Below are positions 23,201 through 36,799 of a DNA stretch of 64,000 nucleotides, piece after piece. The stretch is from the NCBI GenBank assembly GCA_973895155.1, contig OZ316893.1:16274645-16338644 (forward strand), written 5' to 3'. Within the stretch, counting starts at the first letter, position 1. Every line of letters starts with the position of its first letter. The notes under the pieces are model-generated. The model worked only from the letters and a program-made list of their open reading frames with translations, made no database searches and had not been told where the DNA came from. A program made the translations under genes and the position numbers. Origin of the DNA: Marsupella aquatica (lineage: Eukaryota > Plantae > Marchantiophyta).

Positions 23201-25227
23201 ACATTAACTCACCCTGGTTTGCACGACTTACAGTACAATAAGGCGGCCAAAAGTAGTAACCCAGGGTACCCCGAATCAGCCTATTTTTTAAGGATTTCAC
23301 TTTTTTGCCAGAGTGACTAATGTAAAGTGTGCCAAGGAGAAGATGCTCAAAATATTCATAATTCAATTATTTTCCTGACAATCAGATCTCCCTAGATTTA
23401 AGGTTGACCATTAGATTCTGGCTAATGGGGCCTGGGATATATTAGATGGAGCACTGGCTATTGAGACAGCAAAATAGTAGAGAATTTTAGCCAAATGTGG
23501 CGAACCATTTTTGGGGAGGTGGAATCTAACGAATTTTCGCCACTAAAAAAAACATCCCTGCTAGCCATAAAAGGAGACAGTCTCGAAAACAGCAAGTCTG
23601 CCACACAGCCACAGTGTGAAACGCACAGCGCTAGGAGTGGAGAGATGATCTGTAAGCGTTTTTCCAGACTATATTCCCCCGACCGCACGAGCAAGAATTT
23701 GTTTAGGTCATTCGCAACCATTTTCTGCTCTAGAAAATTCCAACTGCGGCTCACCTCAAGTTTCAAAAACACACCAAAATTGCAACCCATTCGAATTCAT
23801 TGAGACTTTTGGGTCGGGTCAAGTTACTGTTTTAATTCAGAGCACATCAATCAATGCTTGACTTGAAATGGATTACCGTACTTTGTACATATACTCTCTC
23901 ATCCGTGTAACTTCTCAACCGTGCTCTCGATCGCGAATCTAAGTTCGTAATTACAGAGGAAAATAGTGCGCATAAACTAGAGAGAGAAACGTGCATATAG
24001 AATCAAATTCTTCATAATTATGTCTTGGTGGGAATAATAATACCTGCATGAAGTACATGCCAGTTTTGACGTGATCAAGGGCCACAGTGCATTCAAGAGA
24101 TCATGAGGTGAATAAGATATGCAGGGCAGCAGCGCAGCACGCAGGTATGGAGACTCAGAGGTGGCCCATGTGCTTCGTATGATTCCCAGTGATAGGCGCA
24201 GCTCTTACATTTTTGTTAGATATATGAATCTCTAGCAGCCGTTACGTTGGGTTGTGTCAATCGTCGTCGGACCGGGACCCCATTGGGAAGCGAGATATGA
24301 GACCCTCGAGGATTCTAAGTACGGCGGATCAAATTACCGGCAGTACCATACCCTCAAATGATAGTGTCAGCATAAATTTCAGTACGGTACCCATTCGACG
24401 TAACGACGAATGTCAGCTGCTATCTCTACGAAATGAAGGGAACCGTTGTACCTCTAGCTCCACTAGGCGGCCTTATATGTGGTCAAGATAGGGTTTTTGT
24501 TATTAAACTGCCATTTGTTGAAACACCACCAGAATAATGTGGTTCTTCTCATTCATGTGTGAGTTCTTTATACATTGAGGTGGTTACTTTAATGGTAACT
24601 ACCTAAGGTTTGGTGTTAAACCTTACCCTAGAGTAGACTTAACCTATGGGTTCTAACACTCCCCTTGGGTGCATCACATCATAGGTTTGGTTAAAGTGAT
24701 GCAACCATATTGAGTCTACTGTGAGGGTGTTCACTATTTGGTTGTGTAATGTAGTTCTAGTAAAAGAATCAGAAGGTGGTGTTTATGTAGCCTCATTAAA
24801 ACCTCCTCTCCTTTCTTGCAGGAGGAAAGAGTGCTACCATCTTTGGATGAAAAATGAATAGGGTGTCGTATTGTAGTTTATGCGGTGTATTCTCTACTAT
24901 GGGGTATCGTTACTGATGTGCAGTGGTCTTGTAGTCGGGTTTGGTGTTGTGGTGTTTTCCCGAGTAATGTCGCGGATTCGGAGTCGGTGGCGTTGTGCCC
25001 TAGTCTTGGTTGGAGCTTGTGTTCTTGGTGGTCGTGGGTTGTGCTCCGGTCGTCGTCTCCTTTCCTCTGGTGATTGGTCGCCTCATCTCCATTCTGGAGG
25101 TTGTCCTCGTCGCTTTTGTGAATGGTTGAGGTTCAGATTCTTCTGTGTGTCGTTGTCGTGGATTTGATTAGGGTATCTGTTCTTCAATGCCCTCTATCCG
25201 TTGCGTTCGCCCCCTGACTTTTGGATT

Positions 25228-28200
25228 TCAGTTCGATTCCTGTAAGAGGGTGGACAAACGACGCATGCCAATTGATCGTGTTAGTGTTTTATGTATGGCA
25301 GGCGGTAACGATTTGGTTAGCAGGTCTGCATTGTTCAATTTGCTTGGGATCCATTTCACGTCGATGCTGTTGCCGTGCTGTTCTCTTGCAAAGAAGAATT
25401 TGGGGGCAATATGTTTAGTGCGATCTCCCTTGATGAAGCCCGCTGCGATTTGTTCTACGCAAGGTCTGTTGTCTTCAAAGATGACAGTCGGTGAGGTGAG
25501 TATTTTCATACCTGTGTGATGTAGGATATGGTTAATTACGTTTCTCAGCCATAAGCATTCGCGACTTGCTTCGTACAATGCTATGATTTCTGAGTGGTTG
25601 GAGGATGTAGTTGTTAGACTCTGTTTGGTGCTCTTCCATGATATGGCTGTGGGTCCGGCCAGGAAAACATATCCTGTTTGTGATTTTGCATCTGCAGGGT
25701 CAGAGTGATAGCCGGCATCTGCATAGCCAGTAAGAGTTGGTGTTACATCGGTAGGGAAGTATAATCCAAAATCTATAGTGCCACAGAGGTAGCAAAGTAC
25801 CCTTTTGATTCCATTCCAGTGTCAAATGGTCGGCTGTGAGCTGTGCCTTGCTAGTAGGTTCATAGCAAAGGCAATGTCTGGCCTCGTTTGGGTGGCCAAG
25901 AACATAAGCGCTCCTATTGCAGATAGGTAGCTAAGGGCTTGTCTGAGCCAAGTAGTGGCTCATTTTCAGTACGCTTTCGGAACATGTCTTTGTCCCTATC
26001 GAGGGAGCTGATGTCCATAGGTGAGTTCACAGCGTATGCTTTGTCCATGTTGAACTGCTGCAACATTCTCTTTATGTATGTGGACTGGTGGAGGAATCTG
26101 CCTTCTTTGAGGTGCTCAAATTGTAGTCCTAGGCAGAATGTAGTCCTGCCTAGGTCCCTCATCTCAAAAACTCTCTTGAGTAGTTGTATTGTTTCCACCA
26201 TGATTTTCTTAGTGCCGAATAAGTTCAGGTCGTCCACATATGTTGCAATTATGATAAACTCGCTGCCCTCTCTCTTGATGAATAGGCAGGGTGCAATTTT
26301 GGAGTTTTGAAATCCCATTGCAATCATCTCTGATTTAAATCGCTGGTACCATGTGCATCCGCTCTGTTTGAGCCCATACATTGATCTGAGCACTTGGACT
26401 GCTAGGCGGATTCGTGCCTTCATCCTCTTTGGGTCCGTTATTACTTCTTTCATGGCGATGTTGTGCGATGTGCGTTGTAGTACTGATGCATCAGTGTGCC
26501 CAAATGATCCTTATGTTGTCTGAGTTAATTCGTTACTTTGGTGCTGCCCCTTTTCATGGTATTCCACTCGTTTGATTAACTCGGGAGGCGCTTCCATGTA
26601 TATCACTTTGTCCAGATGGCCGTATAGGTAGGCCGTCACTATGTCCATCTGGTGCATGGATAGTCCGTGGTGTATGGAGAAAGCAATCAGGTATCGGTAT
26701 GTGATTACGTCCATTACTGGTGCGTATGTTAGGTCGTAGTCCCTTCCTGGTATTTGGGTAAATCCTTTGGCCACCAATCGGGCCTTGTACCTTGCAACCT
26801 CTCCATCTGCGTTTCTTTTTCTGACAAAGGTCCATTTGTAGCGGGTCAGGTGTGTGTCTGGGGTTGCTGGTGTTATTCTTCCAAATACTTGTCTGGAGAT
26901 TAGTGGGTCGAGTTCCGAATGGCTTTCTCCCACTTGGGCCAGTCAGGTTGTGTCTGTGCTTCTGCTGTCGTCTTCGGGTCTGGTAATTCTTTTTCCAGTA
27001 CCTGTGAAATCTGGAATGCAAACTGGTCGTCTATCTGAGTATTTTCTCAATCCCAAACTTGGCCCGTTTGTTGGTAATTTATAGCAATTTTGTCATTCTA
27101 CGTATTTATGGTTGGTTGATTTGGTATTGTTGCTGGTGACTGTCTTTGAGTTGCTGTCGGTATTGTTCTTCTTTGGCGTGGTTGACAATCCGTGGCCCCT
27201 ATCTGTCATCCCCGTTTGGCCCGTGGTGGGGCCTCGGTTGCGAGTGTGCCCTCTTGTTTGATTCTTGCTGGTGTATTCGCTGCAGGTACGTGTGATCGTG
27301 TCACCTTTGTTGCATCTGCAAAGGAGTCTGGTAGTTGTTCCATCATTTTGGTAAGATGGATTATTCTCTGAACTTCTGTGTCAGCTTGGGCTGTTCTTGG
27401 GTCGTTCCAAAATGCAGATTGTATTTGCCATTCAAGCTCAGTATTTATGTTCTTATCTGTATTTGGTCCTGTTATTAGAGTAGGGAATATATGCTCGTAA
27501 AAATGGCAATCCATGAACCTTGCTTTAAATATGTCTGCTGTTGTTGGTTCCAGGTATCGGATGATGGAGGTCGAGTCGAAGCCTATGTAAATCCCTTTCT
27601 GCCTCTGGGGCCCCATCTTTGTGCGCTTAGGGCCCAGGATTGGGACTAATACTTGGCATCCGAATGTCCTTAAATGGGATATATTCGGAGTTGTTCCGAA
27701 TGCTAGGTGGTGGGGCGTCCTATCGTTGAATGCAGATGGTCTGTACTGGAGGAGGGCAACCGCATGGAGTACCGCGTGGCCCCATGCTGATGTTGGGAGT
27801 TTCGTCTGCATCAATAGAGGTCTGGCTATGATCTGTAACCTTTTGATGAGGGATTCGGCTATTCCGTTCTGGAAGTGGACATGGGCTACAGGGTACTGTA
27901 TATTTATCCCTGTTGTTGTGCAGAAGTCTTCAAATGTCTGAGATGAAAACTCGCCAGCATTGTCAACCCTGAGGGTTCTTATCGGGTTGTCAGGGAATTG
28001 TGCTTTCAATTTTAGGATATGAGCCAATATCCTTGAAAACACTAAGTTTCTGGTTGACAGGAGTGATACTTGTGACCACTTCGAGGAAGCATCAATGATC
28101 ACTAGGAAGAATCGGAAGGGGCCACTAGGTGGATGTATGGGACCGCATACATCTGCATGGAGTCTTTCCAAGAAGTTTGGGATGTTCTTGTCTGTTTTGC

Positions 28201-29825
28201 TTGGTGATGGTCTTGTGATCATTTTTCCCTGTGAGCAGGCGAGGCATGGAGTCTTTATGGATCTTGGGTGTACTATGTTTGGTATTCCCTGTGTGTCCTT
28301 TGTGATTCTGTGAAACACGCTGGTGCCAGGGTGTCCCAGTCTCTGGTGCCATATGTCTGTGATTGAGGGTGGTTGTATGGCAGTGTGGTAACTCTGTGTT
28401 TTTGTGGCATAATATCCCGTAGGGTAGGCATCGAATGTCTCTTTGACTTTGTTTCCATTGGGGGTTTTGGCAATAATACGTAACACTTCTTGTGTATTTA
28501 TCATGTTGGTGTGTATGTGCAGGTTATTTGCACGTATGTCTTTGAAATTGAGTAAGTTTCTTGTGGCTTTTGGGGCGTATATTGCTGTTGAGATGTGGAC
28601 GATTGTCCCTCTCAGTAGTGTTATTATTGCAGGTCCATATCCCTCCTCTAGTTGGTGTTGGCCTAGTATGGTAGTAACTTGTCTTTGGGAGGGGATTACT
28701 TTGCTAAAGTATTTTCTCTCCCGCAAGATTGTGTGGGTTGTCCCACTATCAACGATGCAAAAATCCAAATCATTCATGGTTGGGTTTTGGTTTACCAAGT
28801 GGATTTCTGGTAAGATTTCAGCAGATTCTAGAAAAGCTCCATGGGTCTCAAATTCCAGTTGTGTTAAGCTCTTTTTGTATAGAGCTACCAGGTGGGTTGG
28901 GGCGCGGCATACCTTTTGTGTATGGCCTCTAGTTCCACACCTATAGCATGTTATTGGGTTGTCTTGTCTCCCTCTTTGGCTGCTTCTGTCTTGGTCTCTC
29001 TATTGTGGGTATCTGGACCCTCTCCTCCAGGTTGTTCTTTCGTTGTTGTATCTCCCCCTGCCTCGGCCCCTGCCTCCATATGGTGGTCTTCTTCCTCCCC
29101 CTTGGTTATATCCTCCTCTGCCTCGGAATGTTCCTCTGCTTTGGTATTGACCTCTTTCTCTATATGGGTTCCTGTTCCTGTTTTGTGTGTTTTGGGGTAC
29201 AATGTAATGTGTTTCAGTGTTGGGTTGCGGGGGAAGGGTTCTAGGGGGTCTTTCTCTTGTGTTTTGTAGTAGGAGGATTTGATGCTTTTCTGCTAGACTT
29301 AGCATGTGTGCCATCAATTCTGAGTATTTGGTGAATCTCATGTTCCGATATTGAGTAGATAGGATCAGATTTGTTGAGTGAAGTGTTGATAAGGTTTTCT
29401 CGATTTGTTCTTCGTCTCCCACCGGTTGATTGCAGATGGCTAGTTGTGAGGTAATCCTGAATAACTCACTGTTGTATTCAGCAATTGTTTTGAAATCTTG
29501 AACTCGCAGGTTTACCCAGTCGTGCCGTGCAGCGGGCAGGAATATTGTCCTTGTGTGATCGAACCGTGCTTGCAGCTCATCCCATAGGATACAAGGATTA
29601 TATTCGTTCATATATTGCCGCCTTAGTGGTTCCGCCAAATGATGTCTTATGAGTATTTAGAGCTTTAGCTTTTTGCTGAAGTGTTGGTCCTGCGTCCGTT
29701 AGAGTAGCATCTTGGAGGTCCTTTGATGTCAAGTGCGCCTCTACATCGAGTGACCATGATAGGTAGTTAGATCCGTCAATGCTTAATGCCTGGAAGAGAA
29801 ATTTTTCCATTGTATTTGTAGCCAT
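25228..29825 (-). pseudogene. Copia gag-pol (Gag, CCHC knuckle, protease, integrase, RT, RNase H) with several frameshifts and stops
   Basis: CYRCGTRGHTQKVC, IVDSGTTH, WHQRLGHP, HADVCGP, RVDNAGEF, YKARLVAKGF, YGLKQSG, YVDDL and FEDNRPC, in Copia order (integrase before RT). Confidence 0.95.
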
Positions 29826-30292
29826 CTGATTTCACTGGTCGTATATTGGTTTCCTTTGTTTGGGGAGTATAATTATAATCCAAGTCTCAATCAATGATTG
29901 TAAAGTCTCGATTGATGATTGTAAAGTCTCAATATGTGGTATAATTCTGAAATTTTGGAGTGAGAGGGAAGAAATGGATTATCTTGATTGGTGTCAGAGC
30001 TTGGAGTGGGCATTGTAAATTTGCCTCAATCAATGCCGTTTCTTTTCTTTGGAATTCTGCTCTTCTCAGTTGTGAATGTTGCATCCGTTGCTCCAGTAAC
30101 CGTTTTTAATCGCTGGGTGCTCTTAGTGGTGTCATTCAACGTGGTGTCAATTTAGATTGTCTAAAGGGGAGAAGTGAAATCTCTCTTGCATCCAATGAAT
30201 TTCTCAGTCAGAAAAAAAAATCCTTGATCTGTAGCCAAGCCACTCTCATCCGATTCTACATTGATTTCCTTGAAAAAATTGTGGAGCGTTAT

Positions 30293-30305
30293 CGTGCTGA
30301 TAACG
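30293..30305 (-). promoter_or_regulatory. Primer-binding site, half-tRNA-Ile type
   Basis: CGTTATCAGCACG directly after the 5' LTR; complementary to the plant tRNA-Ile(AAU/IAU) anticodon arm CGUGCU(A/I)AUAACG as recalled from memory. Confidence 0.7.
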
Positions 30306-30749
30306 TGTTGAAACACCACCAGAATAATGTGGTTCTTCTCATTCATGTGTGAGGTCTTTATACATTGAGGTGGTTACTTTAATGGTAACTACCTAAGGTT
30401 TGGTGTTAAACCTTACCCTAGAGTAGACTTAACCTATGGGTTCTAACACCATTTGTATTTTGGCCCTGTTTTAAGTGACTCTTTACTTTGCTTTGTAAGA
30501 TGGGGAGCGTCATTGTGATTGTCCTGGTTTCACTATGAACAGTTTGAAATTTTTGAATGTTGGCTAGGGGGATGCTTTGGTGGAGAATTTTTATGTTAGT
30601 ATAATTTTTTCATCCACGCTTCCCCTCTAAATGGTATCATTTTTAATAAAATTTGTTCCCCCAAAAAAGCCCCACGGGACGGGCAAACAAGCAGACAAAA
30701 AAGCCAGGCAAAGCAAACCCAACATAAGAGCAATGGGACACCACCAGAG

Positions 30750-31860
30750 TATCTATCAACCGACTACTCAAAGCCAAGCAGGGATTCATCCACCCCCCCT
30801 GGCCACCAAATCAGTGAGGGAGGAGGGGACCAACCACAAAGAAGCCCGATACCATACCGATAAAAAGGCCCATCAATATATTGAGGGCACCATGAAAGAT
30901 ATAAAAGAAAGGTACCAGTGATTGCAAGATTTGATACTCATCTACAGACAAATAAATTTGGAAGTGATGCAACTCCTGCCAAAGCAGAGCCAGCCCCTGC
31001 GCAGACCATCGATCCTGGCTTTGGCCCTCATCAGGCGGGTGCACTTCCTACCCGATGGGGGAAATAGCCGACTAACAGCAAATAAGTTCTCAGCTGTCTC
31101 AAAAAGGAAAAGCCCCAGATCAAACGAGCATCTACCACCAATCTTGATTATGTGGGTGTTTCTTCCCATCCAGAGCCTCCAAAGAATTTGATGCAAGACA
31201 AAATCTGAGCAGCCTGAATAGTTTAGTCTTTCCCACAGGCTGCATCCAGCAGGCCATCAACCCTTGTCCAATTGGCATAATTATTCAGTTTGCTCAAAAA
31301 AACTCAACATAGTCTCCAGCTTCTAACAGCATGTCGACATAGGAAAAAAATGTGAGGAATAGTTTCCAGCCTCCTGTTGCACATTTTACAGTCCGCGCAA
31401 GCGTCCGATGCTCAGACAGGAAGCCAAGGATGTTGTGCCATCGTAGAGGGAGATCCTTCCAACAGCAGTCTTCAGTAGACCATCCATCTCCAATAGGTCC
31501 CATTCCAAGTCTACCACAAATAGCAGCAATCTCTGCAATGGCCACATTAGGCAGAGAATTAAAGCCCACCATACAATCATCTGAGCGTGTCCGTGATACT
31601 CCACCGAGCCGGCAGCCCCATCTGTCCAGGTTCAAAGGATAAATGAGCCCTCACTGGCTCCCAACTCCTCTAAAGACCGGTCTGTAGGGGAGACCACTAA
31701 AGGCAGAGGTGTGCATGATAGAAGCTGGTCTTTAAAGGAGTATCCATTTCTCCTAATGACCTTGTAATTCATCCACCCCATCAGAGCCAGATTGGCCGCC
31801 AGCATCTTAGACCATTCCAGCTCTAGAGAGTTTATGCAGCTTATGTTCTTGGGAGGGCAG
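30750..31860 (-). pseudogene. Probable degenerate LINE ORF2 C-terminal (zf-RVT-like) remnant
   Basis: LHQILWRLWMGR...GGRCSF...ETAENLF resembles decayed zf-RVT. Many stops; boundaries approximate. Confidence 0.35.
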
Positions 31861-34041
31861 TTTTAACATAGTGAGCAAACAGGACAAACAAACAGGAAAA
31901 CCGGTTTTGCTAGCAAGGTCCCCTAAGATTGCTAGCGACCTAACATGAACCCCCCCCCCCAAAAAAAAAAAAAGCTTGAAAAAGCCAAGAAAATATTTGA
32001 AACATAAGTAAATCTTACTTAAGACACAACAAACTTGTCTCGGTATATGTCAACCATATGCCATTGGATAAAACATTAACTGAATAATGGAACTCCAAAA
32101 CCTGGATGCATCTTTCGAGTGCATCATGAATGTAATCTAATCTAACCAAATCTACACTTTCTCTCCAAATTGGGCTGGACCCATAGAATTTCCACTACTC
32201 TCATCTACGTTGGTATTTGAACCCAAAGTTCCTGAGTCTACACCCAAAGTGGAAACTTCACTACTCTTAGATCTGGACATTGACTCTGCCTCTTTGTCAA
32301 AACATTTTGAAGCACAGCCAGCCTCATCATCCACCAAAGTGTGCCTTACAAATTTTCTATTTGAACCGCATCAAGAGACTCCAACCATTCATTTTCCAAG
32401 TTAGTCTGATTCTCATTTTCGCATCCTTAAATAACTGACTTTTGAACATACTATGGAAGACCCGGCTTGACCTTGCCCGTCAAATTGGCCGATTTTCTCC
32501 TTCAAACGGTCAACACGTCAACCCGGTCGCCCGGAGTCGGAGTTGGTCCGGGTGTGAGGGTCGACCCAGGCTGGCCCGGGCCGGGTTTGGGCCGGGTTTG
32601 GGAGGGGTTTGGGAGGCCAAGGAGGAGTTTTGGAGGCCACGTGCGGGCCGGGTTCGGGTGGGCTGGGACGGGGCCCTGGCGAGTCAGGAGCTGGGTTGGG
32701 TCGGGAGTCCAGGGGAATATAAGGGAATATACATCAAACTGGCCATTTTGGGGCCATCATTTGATGGTTTTATGTGCTCGGCAAGCCGTCAACTTCCCCG
32801 TCAGGTTAAAATGGGGTGGAAGATCCCATGGTTACTCCGGGGTATTGATTGTGATGCCGCCATCAGTAATACAGATTAATCCATATAATGTATGCCTTAT
32901 GTAGACGTAGAAGTACATAGTTAAGTTATTAACATAACAACAATAAATTAGTTAATCCCGATGATTAGAGTAGGCTTAGGAGAAGTTTTAAGGGTTCACA
33001 CTCAGGCTGGCGGGGCGGCACATGACGTACCGCATGATTAGGAGTACATTATGGATGTCAGTCTTGGGTCCGTATAACTGATTCGGAAAATCCTTGGCAC
33101 GCTCGGACTCGGACTGGAGGAGTAAGGACCAAGCTGCAACCGTGAACGGTCAAGCCAATATATCATTGTACAAGGGGGGGAACCAAACGTTTGGGACGCG
33201 CTCATGAGTATAAAAGGGCAAGCTCCCCTTCCCATTTCACTCACCATTCCCTCTCTTGCGCAAGCTATGAGCGCTCCTGACTTTGCCCCTCCATGGATGC
33301 ACATACATGCACTCTATTGTTCAGCCGACCCTAGGTACTAAGCCATATGTCTGTCACAATTATGTCCAGTGTCCGTTTATGGAATCAGTTCCTCTCAATA
33401 GGTAACCATCTTGCCAATTCACTTGTCGCACACAACCCGCATAGGTGGGAAGCCAAGAAGCATTACAAACAGCTTATCCGTGTATACGGCCGCCCTCATT
33501 GGAACAATGATCTCCGCCTCCCGTTTGAGCAAAAGTACAAACAGGTCAAGAAGCTCACCAAATTCTTCTTTGATGGACCTAAGTATATCAGACTTAGGGA
33601 AGCCCTCCTCCACCTCCCCAAGGAAATCTTTAGGATCTTTGGGACCATATATTGACCTCCTGCGGCACATTTTGTTGAGATACCCAAGAAGGTGCAGTCA
33701 TTTGTCAATTGTCGATTGGGCTCCCCCTTGAGTCACTGTTAGCCGCTGAAGTTGACTATTAGTCAAATCCTTTAATTAACTATCCAACATAACTTCAAAC
33801 TTCATTAATGTCCTTTCTTGTCTCACTTAGACATTATACTGTCTCAATTCAATTGATTTCTTGTGCACTTTTTGCTTGCTACCCGGCCTTTTTGACAATC
33901 AGGTAGTGTCAACTTGTGCGATTACTCGAGACATTGGTCCGACTCTTAGTGGTTGCAGACCCCGCCTGTCACCTGGATTGAAGGTTAAATCTCATCTAAC
34001 TTTCAATTAATAATTCTTCAAAGAAGATTTCTAAAGTCACC

Positions 34042-34374
34042 CTATTCATTAAAAGTGTATTTTCTTTTGTTCACTTTTAGGCCTCTAAATGTTCACTTTT
34101 TGGTCTCTAAATGTACACATTTTAACCCCAAAAGGTACACTATAGTACAATACTCTTCACTAAAATGGTTAAAATTGTAAACTTAAGGGGACAAAAATGA
34201 TCTTTACTAGAAGGAGTTTCATCCTAGTTCATTTACAAAGGATGAACATGGTGGTACATCTGATGGCCGTCACCTTTATATCTTGCCCAAATGTACAATT
34301 TTTGAAAGCCAAATGTACACTCTCTATTGCCCAAATGTTCATAAATTGAATAATAATACACTTTTAATGAATAG
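34042..34374. mobile_element. MITE-like element
   Basis: Perfect 20-bp inverted repeat CTATTCATTAAAAGTGTATT (34042-34061 and 34355-34374) around an AT-rich interior with repeated AAATGT(A/T)CA. Confidence 0.65.
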
Positions 34375-34399
34375 ATTGATTTAAACCTATTGTGGTAAA

Positions 34400-34520
34400 T
34401 TCCTCAATTTCTGATTCTTTTTCCTCAATAACTCTTGTCCATCTTTCAATCATGTGTTTGCATTCCCTTGGTGCATTTTGTAGCCCAAATGGAATGCACT
34501 TGAATTTAAACAACCAAACA
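34400..34520 (-). pseudogene. Small Gypsy-type RT remnant
   Basis: Minus strand reads FKCIPFGLQNAPRE (PFGLxNAP motif). Confidence 0.45.
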
Positions 34521-34689
34521 AAGGCGGGTTCTTTCATGTCCCACTACTTTGGGCCTCCCTCGGATTACCGCATTACTTGCAAATTACTCTTCATTCTAAT
34601 ATTGTCGGGTTTTTCTTAACAGTTCAAATTGCAAACTCCACATTCCATACAATTCTTACTCTTTCCTTTTAAAGGTTCTATCCAAACCT

Positions 34690-36348
34690 CACTACTACAT
34701 ATTGGCCCCTTTTGCAAAGGTGTTTTTTGATGTCCGGAAGGTCTTGCAATGTCAGCGCCTTCAAATAATTTGTGATCAAACACGCCTCACAATATCCCAT
34801 GCTCTAACTGTCGCAACTTGATGTTGCAAAGCTAAATACATTGCACTCCATTTGGGATCTTACTCACTTTGCAACCTGTTTAGATACTACTTGTCTCGCA
34901 ATGGATTTGTGAATCCGCAACCATTGCGATCGTATTCAGATACCTTTTGGTTCATAATTTAGCGATACTAATGTACTCAAATTTGTGTTGTGAACCTATT
35001 AGCTTCGGAAACTGTTGTGAAGGATAAAGAGTCGCAAAGGACCAAAGGCATTTTGTTTGCAATTTTGAGAACCCATTGTTATCACAATTACCGATGTAAT
35101 ATGATTCACAAGAGGTTCAGAAATTCCTTCCCGACAGTTTCAAAAAATGTTTCGCAAAGAGACTTGTTTGCAAAGTTTTCAGAATGGAAATGTTTGAGAG
35201 AAAACTTTAGAAGATGGAGAATGCATGTGTATAGGTTATATGCTAGGGTTTTCAAAAAGGTGGCATGCATGAGGATAGCTTTTCTAGCAGCTAGGGTTGC
35301 ATATATAGCGGTAAAATGAAATTTTAAAGTCCAAGTGTTTGTAAGACAAAAGAAGAAAAGAAATATGTAAATATAAATAAAACCATGATAGTTAGTATAA
35401 TCACAAATTATACGCCCACAACAAGTTTTACTACTAGTGATGCATCAAACTTGGTCCTCATCCTCTCCTCCATTTGACACAATAATAACTTCAAGTTTTT
35501 TCGAGATAATGGAACAAGATCGTGGCACATACAATATAACAATTGACCACTCCTCTGGGTCTGGTGGGTACGGAATATAGAAACACTGCTCAAGTTGACT
35601 TGGGAATGTAAATTGTTTAAATGTTTGCCAATGAGATGGTTGAAAGCTAGTTGCTGATGTCTTCAGTCGAGTAAACCCGCACTCATCAAGAAGCATCGTG
35701 CAATTCTCACCAACCAAGTGAATTTTGAACTACTTACACTTGAAGACATACTCTTCAAATTTTGTATCCGCATCATAGGATATGATCAAGATCTCCTCTA
35801 TCTTCCCATAGTGAGGCACCACATCTTGGATGACATTGGTGTCATGGCGGCTACTTTGTGAATCCTGCATGAACTTCCCTTGAACTCCACAGTGAAAAGT
35901 TCTACCCCTCTTCTCATCAAGGTCAGAAATCCTGAAATATCTCCCTTGTGTCCACATTGTACTTTGTTCTAGTCTGAACAAGTCTCAAAGGGCCATGAAC
36001 AATTGTTCAAACCTCATGAGTCATATATGGAAAATGTGATACACTCTCACCTTGGGCCACCATAGCATCCAACTGAAGTACTTTCACCCTCAGATACTCA
36101 AGGAACTTTGGAAAAATCCTTGGGCAACGACTCTCCCTCTTTGCATCCTCATAAAACTCTCTCCATTCTTCCATCAGAGTGCTATTACTCAACATGAAAG
36201 TAGTCATCTGTGTCAACTCCACTGCGGTCAGTAAGCGTGTTTTTTTGGCTCTCGTTAAACAATCCTCCTCCATTTCCCTCTCGTCCATCCAACTGCGTGG
36301 ACAACTAGGATCAATGGTAGCTAAGATGTTGCTGCAATAGAACATACA
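34690..36348 (-). mobile_element. CACTA copy C: terminus plus 3' end of TnpD (35445-36345, degenerate)
   Basis: CACTACTACATATTGGCCCC at 34690 with (T)CGCAA/TTGCGA subterminal repeats. ORFs homologous to the copy B C-terminus (MFYC.NI.AT.DP, HYGKIEEIL, VFKCK, LEQCFYIPYP). Confidence 0.85.
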
Positions 36349-36799
36349 ACACCAATTTTGGCAATACCGGTATATTTGTTAAATTCTAGTTATTGTTAAA
36401 TATAATCTTGTTTAATTTTTTAATGAAAATAATTAAATAAAATGATAATGAAATGTAGAACATCATGAGGCCTCATTCCAAGAAGAAATTTGGATGTTTT
36501 AGTGGTATTGCTTTTAACATGCATCGTGAGGCAAAGTCAAGTAAAACAAATTATGAACTGAAAAACAAAATTGTACAAATGAATCATTTATATTTTTACA
36601 TAAACATGAATGTAATAATCCTAGGGGTAAGCCATATTTACGTTAATCTGTGTACTTCTAAGTGACACTTCCAACTAGAAGGAATTATTGAAACCTTGTT
36701 GGCCACGCAAAATAAACCTAAGTAAGTTCTCTACAATACTTGTGTGTAGGCTGACTTGTCGCCAATTGTCACCCTAAACCATAAGTAAATAATTAAAAG

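Larger units (their letters stand above)
24516..30448 (-). mobile_element. Full-length Copia retrotransposon, Bianca lineage
   Basis: 143-bp LTRs at 24516-24658 and 30306-30448 (1 mismatch seen). TSD CCATT at 24511-24515 and 30449-30453. PPT at about 24659-24667. PBS CGTTATCAGCACG. Bianca-type Gag start FQALSIDGSNYLSWSLDVEAHL. Confidence 0.95.

Noticed and set aside
20282-24515. Possible host gene or SINE (B-box-like sequence near 20962, short ORFs at 22018 and 23458-23803, about 78-bp tandem duplication at 20807-20937)
   Set aside because: No recognisable domain, exon chain, A-box or tRNA fold. Left unannotated.
27621-29269. Plus-strand ORFs overlapping Copia gag-pol (and similar ones over Gypsy pol and ORF3)
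   Set aside because: Antisense shadows of real coding frames with no independent motifs.
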